Shown here in pieces: positions 1-7,122 of a stretch of DNA of 20,430 nt. Where the stretch lies: NCBI RefSeq assembly GCF_035285525.1, contig NZ_JAYKGW010000014.1:1-20430 (forward strand), in the 5' to 3' direction. The notes under the pieces were generated by a model, which was given only the letters and a program-made list of their open reading frames with translations, searched no databases and was not told the DNA's origin. A program made the translations under genes and the position numbers. Source of the stretch: Okeania sp. Lineage in GTDB: Bacteria > Cyanobacteriota > Cyanobacteriia > Cyanobacteriales > Microcoleaceae. The stretch's first letter is position 1. Every line of letters begins with the position of its first letter.

Positions 1-1
1 C

Positions 2-151
2 TTTGTGCTAGCAGTTGTTGGGGTAATGGAAAGCTTGAAACGGTTTGGTTCCGAGAACTATCCGCGTTGGTTGGGATGGGTTCCCACCTACAGTATTGGA
101 ACAATGGCATCTTTCTGGTGTATTCAGAGAGTTGTGGCGTTTTGGGGGTAA
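2..151 (+). CDS. 3' end of an unidentified CDS entering from the left edge (hydrophobic C-terminal ~49 aa)
   Basis: Frame 2 is open from the window edge to TAA at 149-151. The translation FVLAVVGVMESLKRFGSENYPRWLGWVPTYSIGTMASFWCIQRVVAFWG is Trp/Val-rich and membrane-like. A 13-bp-stem hairpin follows at 156-217. No family recognised. Confidence 0.35.
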   Translation, partial: FVLAVVGVMESLKRFGSENYPRWLGWVPTYSIGTMASFWCIQRVVAFWG

Positions 152-155
152 TTTA

Positions 156-217
156 TAGGGGCGGGTTTATGTAAACCTGAGAGTAAGCATTAAAACTCTA
201 GCTAAAACCCGCCCCTA
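156..217. repeat. GC-rich palindromic hairpin element (TAGGGGCGGGTTT...AAACCCGCCCCTA), terminator-like
   Basis: Perfect 13-bp inverted repeat 156-168 / 205-217 with a 36-nt loop, starting 5 nt after the TAA at 149-151. A related copy lies at 12372-12432. Confidence 0.6.
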
Positions 218-304
218 CCCCATGCAACATTAAGCGAACCCAGAAACCCGCTTTCTCTTCAACGTTTGCTGTTCAAAACAATGATTTACTGTATAAACCG
301 GGTT

Positions 305-367
305 CCTCCCGTGTAAGTCCTAAGTTTGTTGTTGTTTAAATTTATGCGACTGGCATCTCACAATAGT
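305..367. repeat. Mosaic of repeat fragments: solo MITE-B end, xisI 3' remnant, truncated leader copy (L0)
   Basis: 305-321 CCTCCCGTGTAAGTCCT is the reverse complement of 6976-6992. 324-345 GTTTGTTGTTGTTTAAATTTAT matches the xisI 3' end at 6631-6652 with 1 mismatch. 350-367 CTGGCATCTCACAATAGT is identical to 3183-3200. Confidence 0.5.
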
Positions 368-377
368 CCATTATTCC

Positions 378-589
378 TAGGTTGGGTTGAGGAGATGTTT
401 GCGGAGCATTTCCAACGGAAAAACCCAACAACTCTAATAGACATCTCCAAAAATAAAAAATTAAATCAATTCTTATCCATAAATTATCAATTATTTCTTC
501 CTGTTCCCACATATCTAGTGTTCCCTGTTCCCTCATTTGGAGGAGATGTCTAATATTTTTGTTGGGTTTCCTGCCTCAACGCAACCTAC
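378..589. mobile_element. MITE-A copy 1 (TAGGTTGGGTTGAGG ... CAACGCAACCTAC inverted-repeat element), split by a nested insertion
   Basis: The halves 378-437 and 553-589 are collinear with the uninterrupted ~97-nt copy at 5562-5658. The termini are inverted repeats of each other. ORFs 326..553 (+) and 342..536 (-) lie inside it and are treated as spurious. Confidence 0.6.
438..552. mobile_element. Nested 115-bp MITE with perfect 11-bp terminal inverted repeats
   Basis: TAGACATCTCC at 438-448 and GGAGATGTCTA at 542-552. The interior is AT-rich with TGTTCCC heptamers at 502-508 and 519-532. The segment is absent from the paralogous MITE-A copy at 5562-5658. Confidence 0.6.
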
Positions 590-604
590 GTTTTTGATGA
601 TAAA

Positions 605-742
605 GTAAATCTACCCTGGCATTTCATTAATTGAGTTTAAGTCCAGCAAGTGAGCGATCGCTTCCCAACCAAAAGAGATAAACTTACTAAAGGTGACGAG
701 ATCGCAACCGAACCCAAAACTTAGCCAAAAAGGAGGCTATTA
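605..742 (+). promoter_or_regulatory. Leader copy L1 (short-loop variant), directly upstream of DUF3604 gene 1
   Basis: GTAAATCTA 605-613. Proposed P1 is CTGG 616-619 / CCAG 643-646. Proposed P2 is TTCA 623-626 / TGAG 632-635 with a 5-nt loop. HIP1 palindrome at 654-661, GCTTCCCAAC block at 660-669, AGGAGG SD at 731-736. Confidence 0.45.
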
Positions 743-3175
743 ATGTTCGAGAAAATGAAATTTGTTCAGAAATGGACAGCGATTGCCCTCAGTGGCATCC
801 TACTGTCCCTTTCCCTGTGGACGTATCCAGCCCAAGCTGTCGAAGCGCCCCAGCGTTACGCCTACTTTGGCGATCTACATACTCACACCACCTATTCCCT
901 TGATGCCTACACGGGCTTCATGCGGAATGACCCCAACGCAGCCTACGAATTTGCGAGTGGTGGCTGCAATGTTGTGCCAGGTGGTCCACAAACCTGTGAC
1001 GAAACTCTTGGTATCCCCCTCCACAAACTAAAAAAGCCCCTAGACTTTGCTGCCGTTACCGATCACGCCGAATTTTTAGGTGAGATGGAAATGGCTATCA
1101 ATCCCGAATACGGCAAAAAGAAATACTACAATCCTCTAGCCATTGCTATTCGGAACAAACCCCAGTCTGAATTACTATCAACCTTGGTTTTTGTTAAGGT
1201 CTTGCAAGCAGCAAACCGTGGTAACAACCCCGAACGTAGTGACTATGGCTCCGGTCCCATTGCCGATGAAGCCAGAGTTAACGCATGGAAAAAAATTCAA
1301 CAGGCTACAGAAGACTACTACAAACCTGGAGAGTTTACGACGCTGCATGCCTTTGAATGGTCATCAGCTCCAGGCGGTGTCAACTTCCACCGGAACGTAA
1401 TTTTCGGCGACACTGTTCCTACGGACGAGAATGGTAACGTTTTGCCTGGAGTTCTCCCCGATGTGCCTGTCAGTGCCTTCGAGACTCAATCCCCTGAAGT
1501 ATTGTTGGAATATCTCAGTCAATACGAAGCTGGTGGTGCTAAAGTTCTAGCGATTCCACACAATGGTAACGCCAGTGCCAACAAAATGTTTATGCCCGAA
1601 CGGTGGGATGACGATACACCCATTGACCCTGAATGGGCAGCAAAGCGTGCCAAGTACGAACCATTAGTCGAAATTATGCAAATTAAGGGGACTTCAGAAA
1701 CCTTACCTGACTATGCCCCCGAAGACGAATTTGCGGATTTTGAATTAATGGAACTCACAGACCGGACTCGCGGACGCTACGGTTATGTGCGCGAAGCTTT
1801 GAAAAACGGTCTGCGCCATGAAGAAAACTTAGGAATCAACCCCTTCAAGTATGGTATTGTTGGTGCAACAGACAACCACAACGGTTCCCCTGGCGATACC
1901 TACGAAGATGACTATATGGGTTCCCACGGTTTCAGCGATGCCACCCCCGAACTGCGACAATTTAGTGAGATACCAGGCTGGGAGTCCTTCCCTTATCTAA
2001 ACCCTGGTGCCCTCACAGGGGTTTGGGCTGAACAAAACGAACGTGAACCGATTTTCAATGCCCTACAGCGTAAGGAGACTTTTGGCACTAGCGGTACGCG
2101 GACTCAGGTGCGCTTTTTCGGAGGTTGGAACTTCTCTGATAATCTGAACGAGCAGCCAGATGCAGTTGACACTGCTTACACTACCGGCGTACCAATGGGT
2201 CAGAATTTGCCAGTGCGGGCAAGTGAAGCACCGAAGTTTATGGTCTGGACAACGAAAGATCCCGATGGGGCTAACCTGGATCGGATTCAGATAGTTAAAG
2301 GTTGGACGAAACACGGAGTGACCTACGAGAAAATTTATGATGTGGTAGGTTCGGATGGTCGCACCTCCGATCCAGAAACCCACAGACTGCCTCCTCTTGA
2401 AAGTACGGTGAATGTGGTCAATGCTACTTACGAGAATACTATTGGCGAGCCAGAACTTTCTACAGTCTGGACTGACCCCGATTTTGACCCCACGGCACGA
2501 GCAGTCTACTATCTGCGGGCACTGGAAATTCCTACCCCCCGCTATTCCACCTATGACGCTGCAGAATTGGGCATCGTCCCTAACCCAGTTTCAGCAACGG
2601 AAATCCAAGAGCGGGCTTGGAGTTCGCCTATCTGGTATACCCCCAGTGAGGAAGACTTGACCGCAGGAGAGGCAAATTCCCTGACTGTTGACAAACTGGA
2701 AGCAGCGGGAATTCAACCCCTGACGACTCAGCAGATTAAAGACCGGATTTCTGGCCATAATTTCCAGATTGCCAACCGCATCACAGAGGAGGAGTTTATC
2801 GGTTTCTTCCAGCCATTGGGCTTGCGTTCGGAAGGTGAGTGGTTTTTAGGGTTGTCAGCTAGCTACGCACCAATGCACACCCACGAACTAGAAGCGGCAG
2901 TGCCGACAAAGTACGAGATTAAGGATAATGAACTTCACTTTAACCTCAAGGATGGTAGTGAGTTCGTCGCCCAACTCTTCCTTCAGGATGGGAAAATTCT
3001 GGCAGCTCGCAATGACGAAATTGGCTATGTTAACTATGAGTTGACAGACCTCGAACCAGAGATAGAGCGGTTGACTCTACCTCCTCAAATTTCTGAAAAG
3101 TTGAGTTCACAAGATTTTTGGGATTTAATCATTCAGCAAGTTGAGAAACATTATTCAATCAAGCAGATCAAGTAA
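743..3175 (+). CDS. Secreted DUF3604-family protein (PHP-like metal-dependent hydrolase fold), 810 aa, with an extra ~170-aa C-terminal region
   Basis: Long ORF behind a strong SD. Signal-peptide-like N-terminus (...LWTYPAQA/VEAP). Motifs GDLHTHTTYSLDA, AAVTDH, FEWSSAPGGVNFHRNVIF, AIPHNGN, VRFFGGW, LDRIQIVKGW and ERAWSSPIWY are what I recall for DUF3604. About 50% identical by eye to the next gene. Confidence 0.88.
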   Translation: MFEKMKFVQKWTAIALSGILLSLSLWTYPAQAVEAPQRYAYFGDLHTHTTYSLDAYTGFMRNDPNAAYEFASGGCNVVPGGPQTCDETLGIPLHKLKKPLDFAAVTDHAEFLGEMEMAINPEYGKKKYYNPLAIAIRNKPQSELLSTLVFVKVLQAANRGNNPERSDYGSGPIADEARVNAWKKIQQATEDYYKPGEFTTLHAFEWSSAPGGVNFHRNVIFGDTVPTDENGNVLPGVLPDVPVSAFETQSPEVLLEYLSQYEAGGAKVLAIPHNGNASANKMFMPERWDDDTPIDPEWAAKRAKYEPLVEIMQIKGTSETLPDYAPEDEFADFELMELTDRTRGRYGYVREALKNGLRHEENLGINPFKYGIVGATDNHNGSPGDTYEDDYMGSHGFSDATPELRQFSEIPGWESFPYLNPGALTGVWAEQNEREPIFNALQRKETFGTSGTRTQVRFFGGWNFSDNLNEQPDAVDTAYTTGVPMGQNLPVRASEAPKFMVWTTKDPDGANLDRIQIVKGWTKHGVTYEKIYDVVGSDGRTSDPETHRLPPLESTVNVVNATYENTIGEPELSTVWTDPDFDPTARAVYYLRALEIPTPRYSTYDAAELGIVPNPVSATEIQERAWSSPIWYTPSEEDLTAGEANSLTVDKLEAAGIQPLTTQQIKDRISGHNFQIANRITEEEFIGFFQPLGLRSEGEWFLGLSASYAPMHTHELEAAVPTKYEIKDNELHFNLKDGSEFVAQLFLQDGKILAARNDEIGYVNYELTDLEPEIERLTLPPQISEKLSSQDFWDLIIQQVEKHYSIKQIK

Positions 3176-3355
3176 ATCTACTCTGGCATCTCACAATAGT
3201 TGGGTAATTTCCCAACCCATTGATTGAGTGTAAGTCCAGCGACTGACAGATAGCTTCCTAACTAGAAGCGATCGCCAAAAAACCTGAACCAATAGAAACC
3301 TTGTCCAAAGTTCAAAAATCCAACAAAAAACAATTCCTACAGGAGTTATCAAAAA
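3172..3355 (+). promoter_or_regulatory. Leader copy L2 (long-hairpin variant), between the two DUF3604 genes
   Basis: GTAAATCTA 3172-3180 contains the TAA stop of gene 1. P1 is CTGG 3183-3186 / CCAG 3236-3239. P2 is CTCA 3190-3193 / TGAG 3225-3228. Also CAAT 3194-3197 / ATTG 3219-3222 and an apical stem GTTGGG 3199-3204 / CCCAAC 3211-3216. GCTTCCTAAC at 3253-3262, AGGAG SD at 3341-3345. Confidence 0.5.
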
Positions 3356-5536
3356 ATGAATCGAACGATTTCGCAAGTCCAACGGCTTTTGGTCGGACTT
3401 TGCACTCTCCTCTTCGTGGGTAGGATATTCCTCGGTGCTAATAGCGCCCTGGCAACTCCCTCGATCCCCGGAGAATACGACTTTATATTTCGGAAAAGCA
3501 ACTCAACCACTGTGCCTGAAGTAGATTGTCGCTTTTACCCAAATACCAAGTGCTACTCTCCCAATGTGCAGCATCCTCAACAGGTATTATGGGGCGATAC
3601 TCACCTGCATACCATTTATTCTTTTGATGCAGGAGCCGATGGAGCTCGTTTGACACCAGCCGATTCCTATGAATTTGCTAAAGGCAATGAAGTCACGATT
3701 GATGCAGGACAACCTGTCAAGCTTTCTCGTCCCTTAGATTTTTTAGTCGTTACCGATCACTCGGACGGATTAGGGGCTTTTGGGGATTTTTTGTATAATC
3801 TTCCCACAGATTGTGGTTCCGATCAAGAGCAGGTCAATACCTGGCATGAGATGATTCTTGCAGGTGGAGATGAGGCATCTCAAGCTTCATCAGAAATTAT
3901 TGCCAGTTTTTCCCAAGGAAACTTCCCCTTATGTATGTTTCCCTCTGCCGAAGAATTCCAAACTTTCTGGCAGGAAATTATTGATGCAGCAGAAGCTTAT
4001 AACGATCCGGGTAATTTTACCGCTGTGATTGGTTATGAGTGGACTTCGCTGTTGGGTGGCAACAACTTACACCGTAACATCATCTACCGCGATAATGGGG
4101 ATAAAGCCAAGCAACTGGTCCCCTACACCACAGACCAAAGCACTAATCCAGAATACCTTTGGGATTGGATGCAAAACTATGAGGATAAAACAGGTGGTAA
4201 TGTGCTAGCGATTCCTCACAATGGTAATCTCAGCAACGGTCTGATGTTTGCAGAAATCGATCATAATGGTAATCCTTTAACTGAAGACTATGCTAAACGG
4301 CGACAGCTTTGGGAACCCATCTATGAAGTTACCCAAATTAAAGGTGCCAGTGAGACCCATCCAGAAATATCTCCTGATGATGATTTTGCTGATTTTGAGG
4401 TTGCAGGTTGGGATATTGGCAACCTGGATCTGAGTTTCCCCAAACCCCCTGAAACCGATCCCGAAGCCCGCAAGAAGATGTTTGAGCATGAATATGCTCG
4501 TCCAGCTCTGAAAAATGGACTAAAATTTGAAGAAAGCCTGGGTGCTAACCCGTTCAAATTTGGTCTAGCAGGTGCATCAGATTCTCATATTGCTCTGTCG
4601 GCAGTCGAAGAGAATAGCTACATGGGTAAGTTTGTAAGTGAAGCTCCCAGTGCTGAACGAGCAGTAGAGGATCATGGCGGTCGTTTGGGATGGCAGTATG
4701 GAGCCTCTGGCTTTATAGGAGTTTGGGCTACGGAAAATACCCGTAAGGCTCTATTCGATGCGATGGAACGGCGAGAAGTTTATGGCACAACCGGACCGCG
4801 TATGAAGGTGCGTTTCTTTGGCGGTTGGGATTTTGCCAACTCCGATCTAGAGGATATGGCTGAAGTGGGCTACAACAAAGGAGTTCCTATGGGTAGCGAT
4901 TTACCTCCAGCACCTCCGGTTCCTGCAATATATCCACCCCCGATTCCGTCTCCAACCTTTATGGTGGCAGCGATGAAAGATTCTGATTCCTATGGAGCAA
5001 ATCTAGACCGGATTCAAATCATTAAAGGCTGGCTGGATGCTGAGGGCGAAACCCATGAGAAAATCTACGATGTAGCTTGGTCTGGCGGACGTACCCCTGA
5101 TACCGAAGGCAAAGTCCCCGCCATTGAAAACACTGTGGACACAGAAACGGCAACTTGGGACACCACCAGCGGTGCTGACTACCTGGAAACAGTCTGGACT
5201 GACGATGAGTTCGATCTCACCCAGCGAGCGTTTTATTACGCGCGGGTGTTGCAAGTTCCGACTCCTCGTTGGACGGACTACGACAAGGCGTTCTATGGCG
5301 ATGAGTGGGATGCTGCTTGTGCTGCTGCGGAAACAGACCCGGAATTAGACATCGTTTGTGATGAGATTCCCCTAACCTTACAGGAACGGGCGTATACCTC
5401 TCCGATTTGGTATTCTCCAGCTACAGTAGCAATGGAATCCACATCCGAGTCTACCCAACCTGTTGAAAATGTGGCTGAAGAAGATTTTTGGGATACAATC
5501 ATTCAGCAGGTTGAGAAACGTTATTCAACTAAGTAG
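3356..5536 (+). CDS. Secreted DUF3604-family protein, paralog 2 (726 aa)
   Basis: Signal-peptide-like N-terminus (...GANSALA/TPS). Same motif series as gene 1: GDTHLHTIYSFDA, VVTDH, YEWTSLLGGNNLHRNIIY, AIPHNGN, VRFFGGW, LDRIQIIKGW, ERAYTSPIWY. Confidence 0.88.
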   Translation: MNRTISQVQRLLVGLCTLLFVGRIFLGANSALATPSIPGEYDFIFRKSNSTTVPEVDCRFYPNTKCYSPNVQHPQQVLWGDTHLHTIYSFDAGADGARLTPADSYEFAKGNEVTIDAGQPVKLSRPLDFLVVTDHSDGLGAFGDFLYNLPTDCGSDQEQVNTWHEMILAGGDEASQASSEIIASFSQGNFPLCMFPSAEEFQTFWQEIIDAAEAYNDPGNFTAVIGYEWTSLLGGNNLHRNIIYRDNGDKAKQLVPYTTDQSTNPEYLWDWMQNYEDKTGGNVLAIPHNGNLSNGLMFAEIDHNGNPLTEDYAKRRQLWEPIYEVTQIKGASETHPEISPDDDFADFEVAGWDIGNLDLSFPKPPETDPEARKKMFEHEYARPALKNGLKFEESLGANPFKFGLAGASDSHIALSAVEENSYMGKFVSEAPSAERAVEDHGGRLGWQYGASGFIGVWATENTRKALFDAMERREVYGTTGPRMKVRFFGGWDFANSDLEDMAEVGYNKGVPMGSDLPPAPPVPAIYPPPIPSPTFMVAAMKDSDSYGANLDRIQIIKGWLDAEGETHEKIYDVAWSGGRTPDTEGKVPAIENTVDTETATWDTTSGADYLETVWTDDEFDLTQRAFYYARVLQVPTPRWTDYDKAFYGDEWDAACAAAETDPELDIVCDEIPLTLQERAYTSPIWYSPATVAMESTSESTQPVENVAEEDFWDTIIQQVEKRYSTK

Positions 5537-5561
5537 ATGAAGTAAATCTAACCTAGTATTT

Positions 5562-5658
5562 GTAGGTTGGGTTGAGGACACGTTTGCGGAGTATTTCCAA
5601 CGGAAAGACCCAACATTACCAAGATTTTTGTTGGGTTTCCTGCGTCAACCTAACCTAC
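5562..5658. mobile_element. MITE-A copy 2 (uninterrupted, ~97 nt)
   Basis: GTAGGTTGGGTTGAGG at the left end and CAACCTAACCTAC at the right end are inverted repeats. Collinear with 378-437 plus 553-589. Confidence 0.6.
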
Positions 5659-5673
5659 ATTTTTGATGATCAA

Positions 5674-5768
5674 GTAAATCTATCCTGGCATCTCACAATG
5701 GCTTGGGAAACTACCAAACCATTCAATGAGTCTAAGTTCTGGAGGAAGCGATCGCTTCCTAACTAGAG
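5674..5768 (+). promoter_or_regulatory. Leader copy L3 (orphan: no intact gene downstream; proposed P1 3' half mutated)
   Basis: GTAAATCTA 5674-5682, CTGG 5685-5688, CTCA 5692-5695 / TGAG 5727-5730, AATGG 5697-5701 / CCATT 5719-5723. The 3' partner of P1 reads TTCTGG instead of TCCAG. 16-nt palindrome GGAAGCGATCGCTTCC, then GCTTCCTAAC at 5754-5763. Confidence 0.4.
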
Positions 5769-5907
5769 ACCATAAACTTACGAACTCACTGTTTTTTTTA
5801 ACTGTTGTCTATATTACAAGAATTAACCGAGTTTGCCTGTGTAGATTTTTGAGAAAAATGAGACTAAAAGGAAGTATAATTATTGATGTTAATCTTGAAA
5901 GAAAATA

Positions 5908-6290
5908 ATGCCAGCCAAAGATACTTATCATCAAGCCGTTAAAAATGCTTTAATTAAAGATGGTTGGGTAATTAATTACTTTTGACCCTGATCCTATAAA
6001 TATGAAGAAGTTAAATTAGTTGCCGATCTGGCTGGCGAAAAAACAATTTCTACAACTAGAGAAGAGCAACAAATTGTGATTGAAATTAAAAGTTTCCTGA
6101 GCCGTTCTCCGATGCGTGAATTTCAAACAGCATGAGGACAATATTTAATTTGTCAACTATTACCCATCCGATTTATCAAGTTTATTTAGCAGTTGGTCAC
6201 AAAATTTATGAAAAGTTTTTTACACAAAATGCTATTCAATTAATTATCCAAAAATATCAAGTTTTACTATTAGTGATTAATATTAAATAA
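5908..6290 (+). pseudogene. xisH: xisH-like gene, decayed (in-frame stops and a frameshift)
   Basis: Starts MPAKDTYHQAVKNALIKDGWVI and continues ...EEVKLVADLAGEKTISTTREEQQIVIEIKSFLSRSPMREFQTA*GQYLI, typical of the XisH family. It is broken by TGA codons. The C-terminal part (HPIYQVYLAVGHKIYEKFF...) is in another frame. Confidence 0.7.
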
Positions 6291-6304
6291 CAGGAAATTA
6301 TCAA

Positions 6305-6646
6305 ATGGATAAGCTAATTAATTATCAAAATATCATCAAACAAATCTTAACTAATTATCAAAGAATATCAGAACAAATTCCCGATCCTGATATAAATGAA
6401 GTATTAATGTTTGATGACCAAAGAAGTTAATATCTTTGGTTTAATATTGGCTGGAAAAATGAGAAACGAATTAAAGCAATTTCTGTTTATGTTAGGATTA
6501 AAAATGAGAAAATTTATATTGAAGAAGATTCGACAGCAGAAGGAATTGCTAATGAATTATTAATAAAAAATGTACCGAAAGAGGATATTGTTTTAGCTTT
6601 CCACGATCCAGAAACTCCTAAATTAACTGAGTTTGCTGTTGTTTAA
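6305..6646 (+). pseudogene. xisI: xisI-like gene with one in-frame TAA (6428-6430)
   Basis: [112 protein letters not shown] matches the XisI pattern (GW...IE.D.TE.GIA.EL...[12 protein letters not shown]). It sits directly after xisH, the usual pairing. Confidence 0.7.
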
Positions 6647-6673
6647 ATTTATATTCCTGTGAATACTTACCTT

Positions 6674-6884
6674 ATAATTAACCGCGAACAACTCAAAAAC
6701 GAACTTGATTCTGTCGATGATGCAACAATTAATATCCTACATAATGTCAGAATAGCACTCAAAAAAAAATAGTGAATCTTCTAATTTTCTAACTAACTGG
6801 TTAGTCAATAATCTACTCAAAAATAGTGTTATTTATGAAAAAGATATTATTTCTCCTATTGATGAAAATTGGTCTAACTACTGA
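6674..6884 (+). pseudogene. Decayed paralog of the 11611-11823 antitoxin gene
   Basis: Collinear with 11611-11823 at high nucleotide identity. The ATG is replaced by ATA at 6674-6676. An A9 run (A8 in the intact copy) shifts the frame into TAG TGA. The upstream context 6655-6673 is also shared with 11591-11610. Confidence 0.7.
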
Positions 6885-6975
6885 AGCCGAATCATTAAAC
6901 AAAATTTGACAAATATTAATAAATATTGAAAATATACTGATGTTCTGCTGTTATTAAGCTATTGTTTATACTAAC

Positions 6976-7066
6976 AGGACTTACACGGGAGGTACTATAT
7001 ATAGGGTATTGGTGCGTTACATGATCGTGTAACGCACCCTACCAAGAGCGTTCATGTGTAAGTCCT
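6976..7066. mobile_element. MITE-B copy (AGGACTTACAC ... GTGTAAGTCCT terminal inverted repeats, internal GGTGCGTTAC/GTAACGCACC hairpin)
   Basis: 11-bp TIRs at 6976-6986 and 7056-7066. Internal 10-bp stem spans 7011-7038. Related copies are at 11465-11552 and 19786-20153. Solo ends are at 305-321 and 9887-9898. Confidence 0.6.
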
Positions 7067-7122
7067 AACTAAATTATCAAATACTTTTTTCCTGGCTCAC
7101 CAGTTCAAATGCAATCAATTTG

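Noticed and set aside
326-553. ORFs 326..553 (+) and 342..536 (-)
   Set aside because: Both lie wholly inside MITE-A and its nested MITE. One uses a TTG start. The peptide VGWVEE...RKNPT is the familiar translation artefact of this repeat family. No RBS is present.
762-5502. Short alternative-frame and antisense ORFs inside the two DUF3604 genes (for example 762..1031, 2063..2383, 4277..4557, 5003..5502)
   Set aside because: They are embedded in long ORFs with strong family motifs. They show no independent coding signal.
5869-5907. Shared 22-mer TATTGATGTTAATCTTGA(A/C)AGA at 5881-5903 and 11443-11466, possibly the start of a small VapB-like gene (M-S-I-D-V-N-L-D)
   Set aside because: Both copies are truncated within ~10 codons by a stop or by MITE-B, so there is no supportable ORF. 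I note it only as another relic shared by the two duplicated segments.
5572-5908. ORFs 5572..5766 and 5726..5908 (+)
   Set aside because: They run through MITE-A copy 2, leader L3 and AT-rich spacer. The composition is repeat-derived and no protein family is recognisable.
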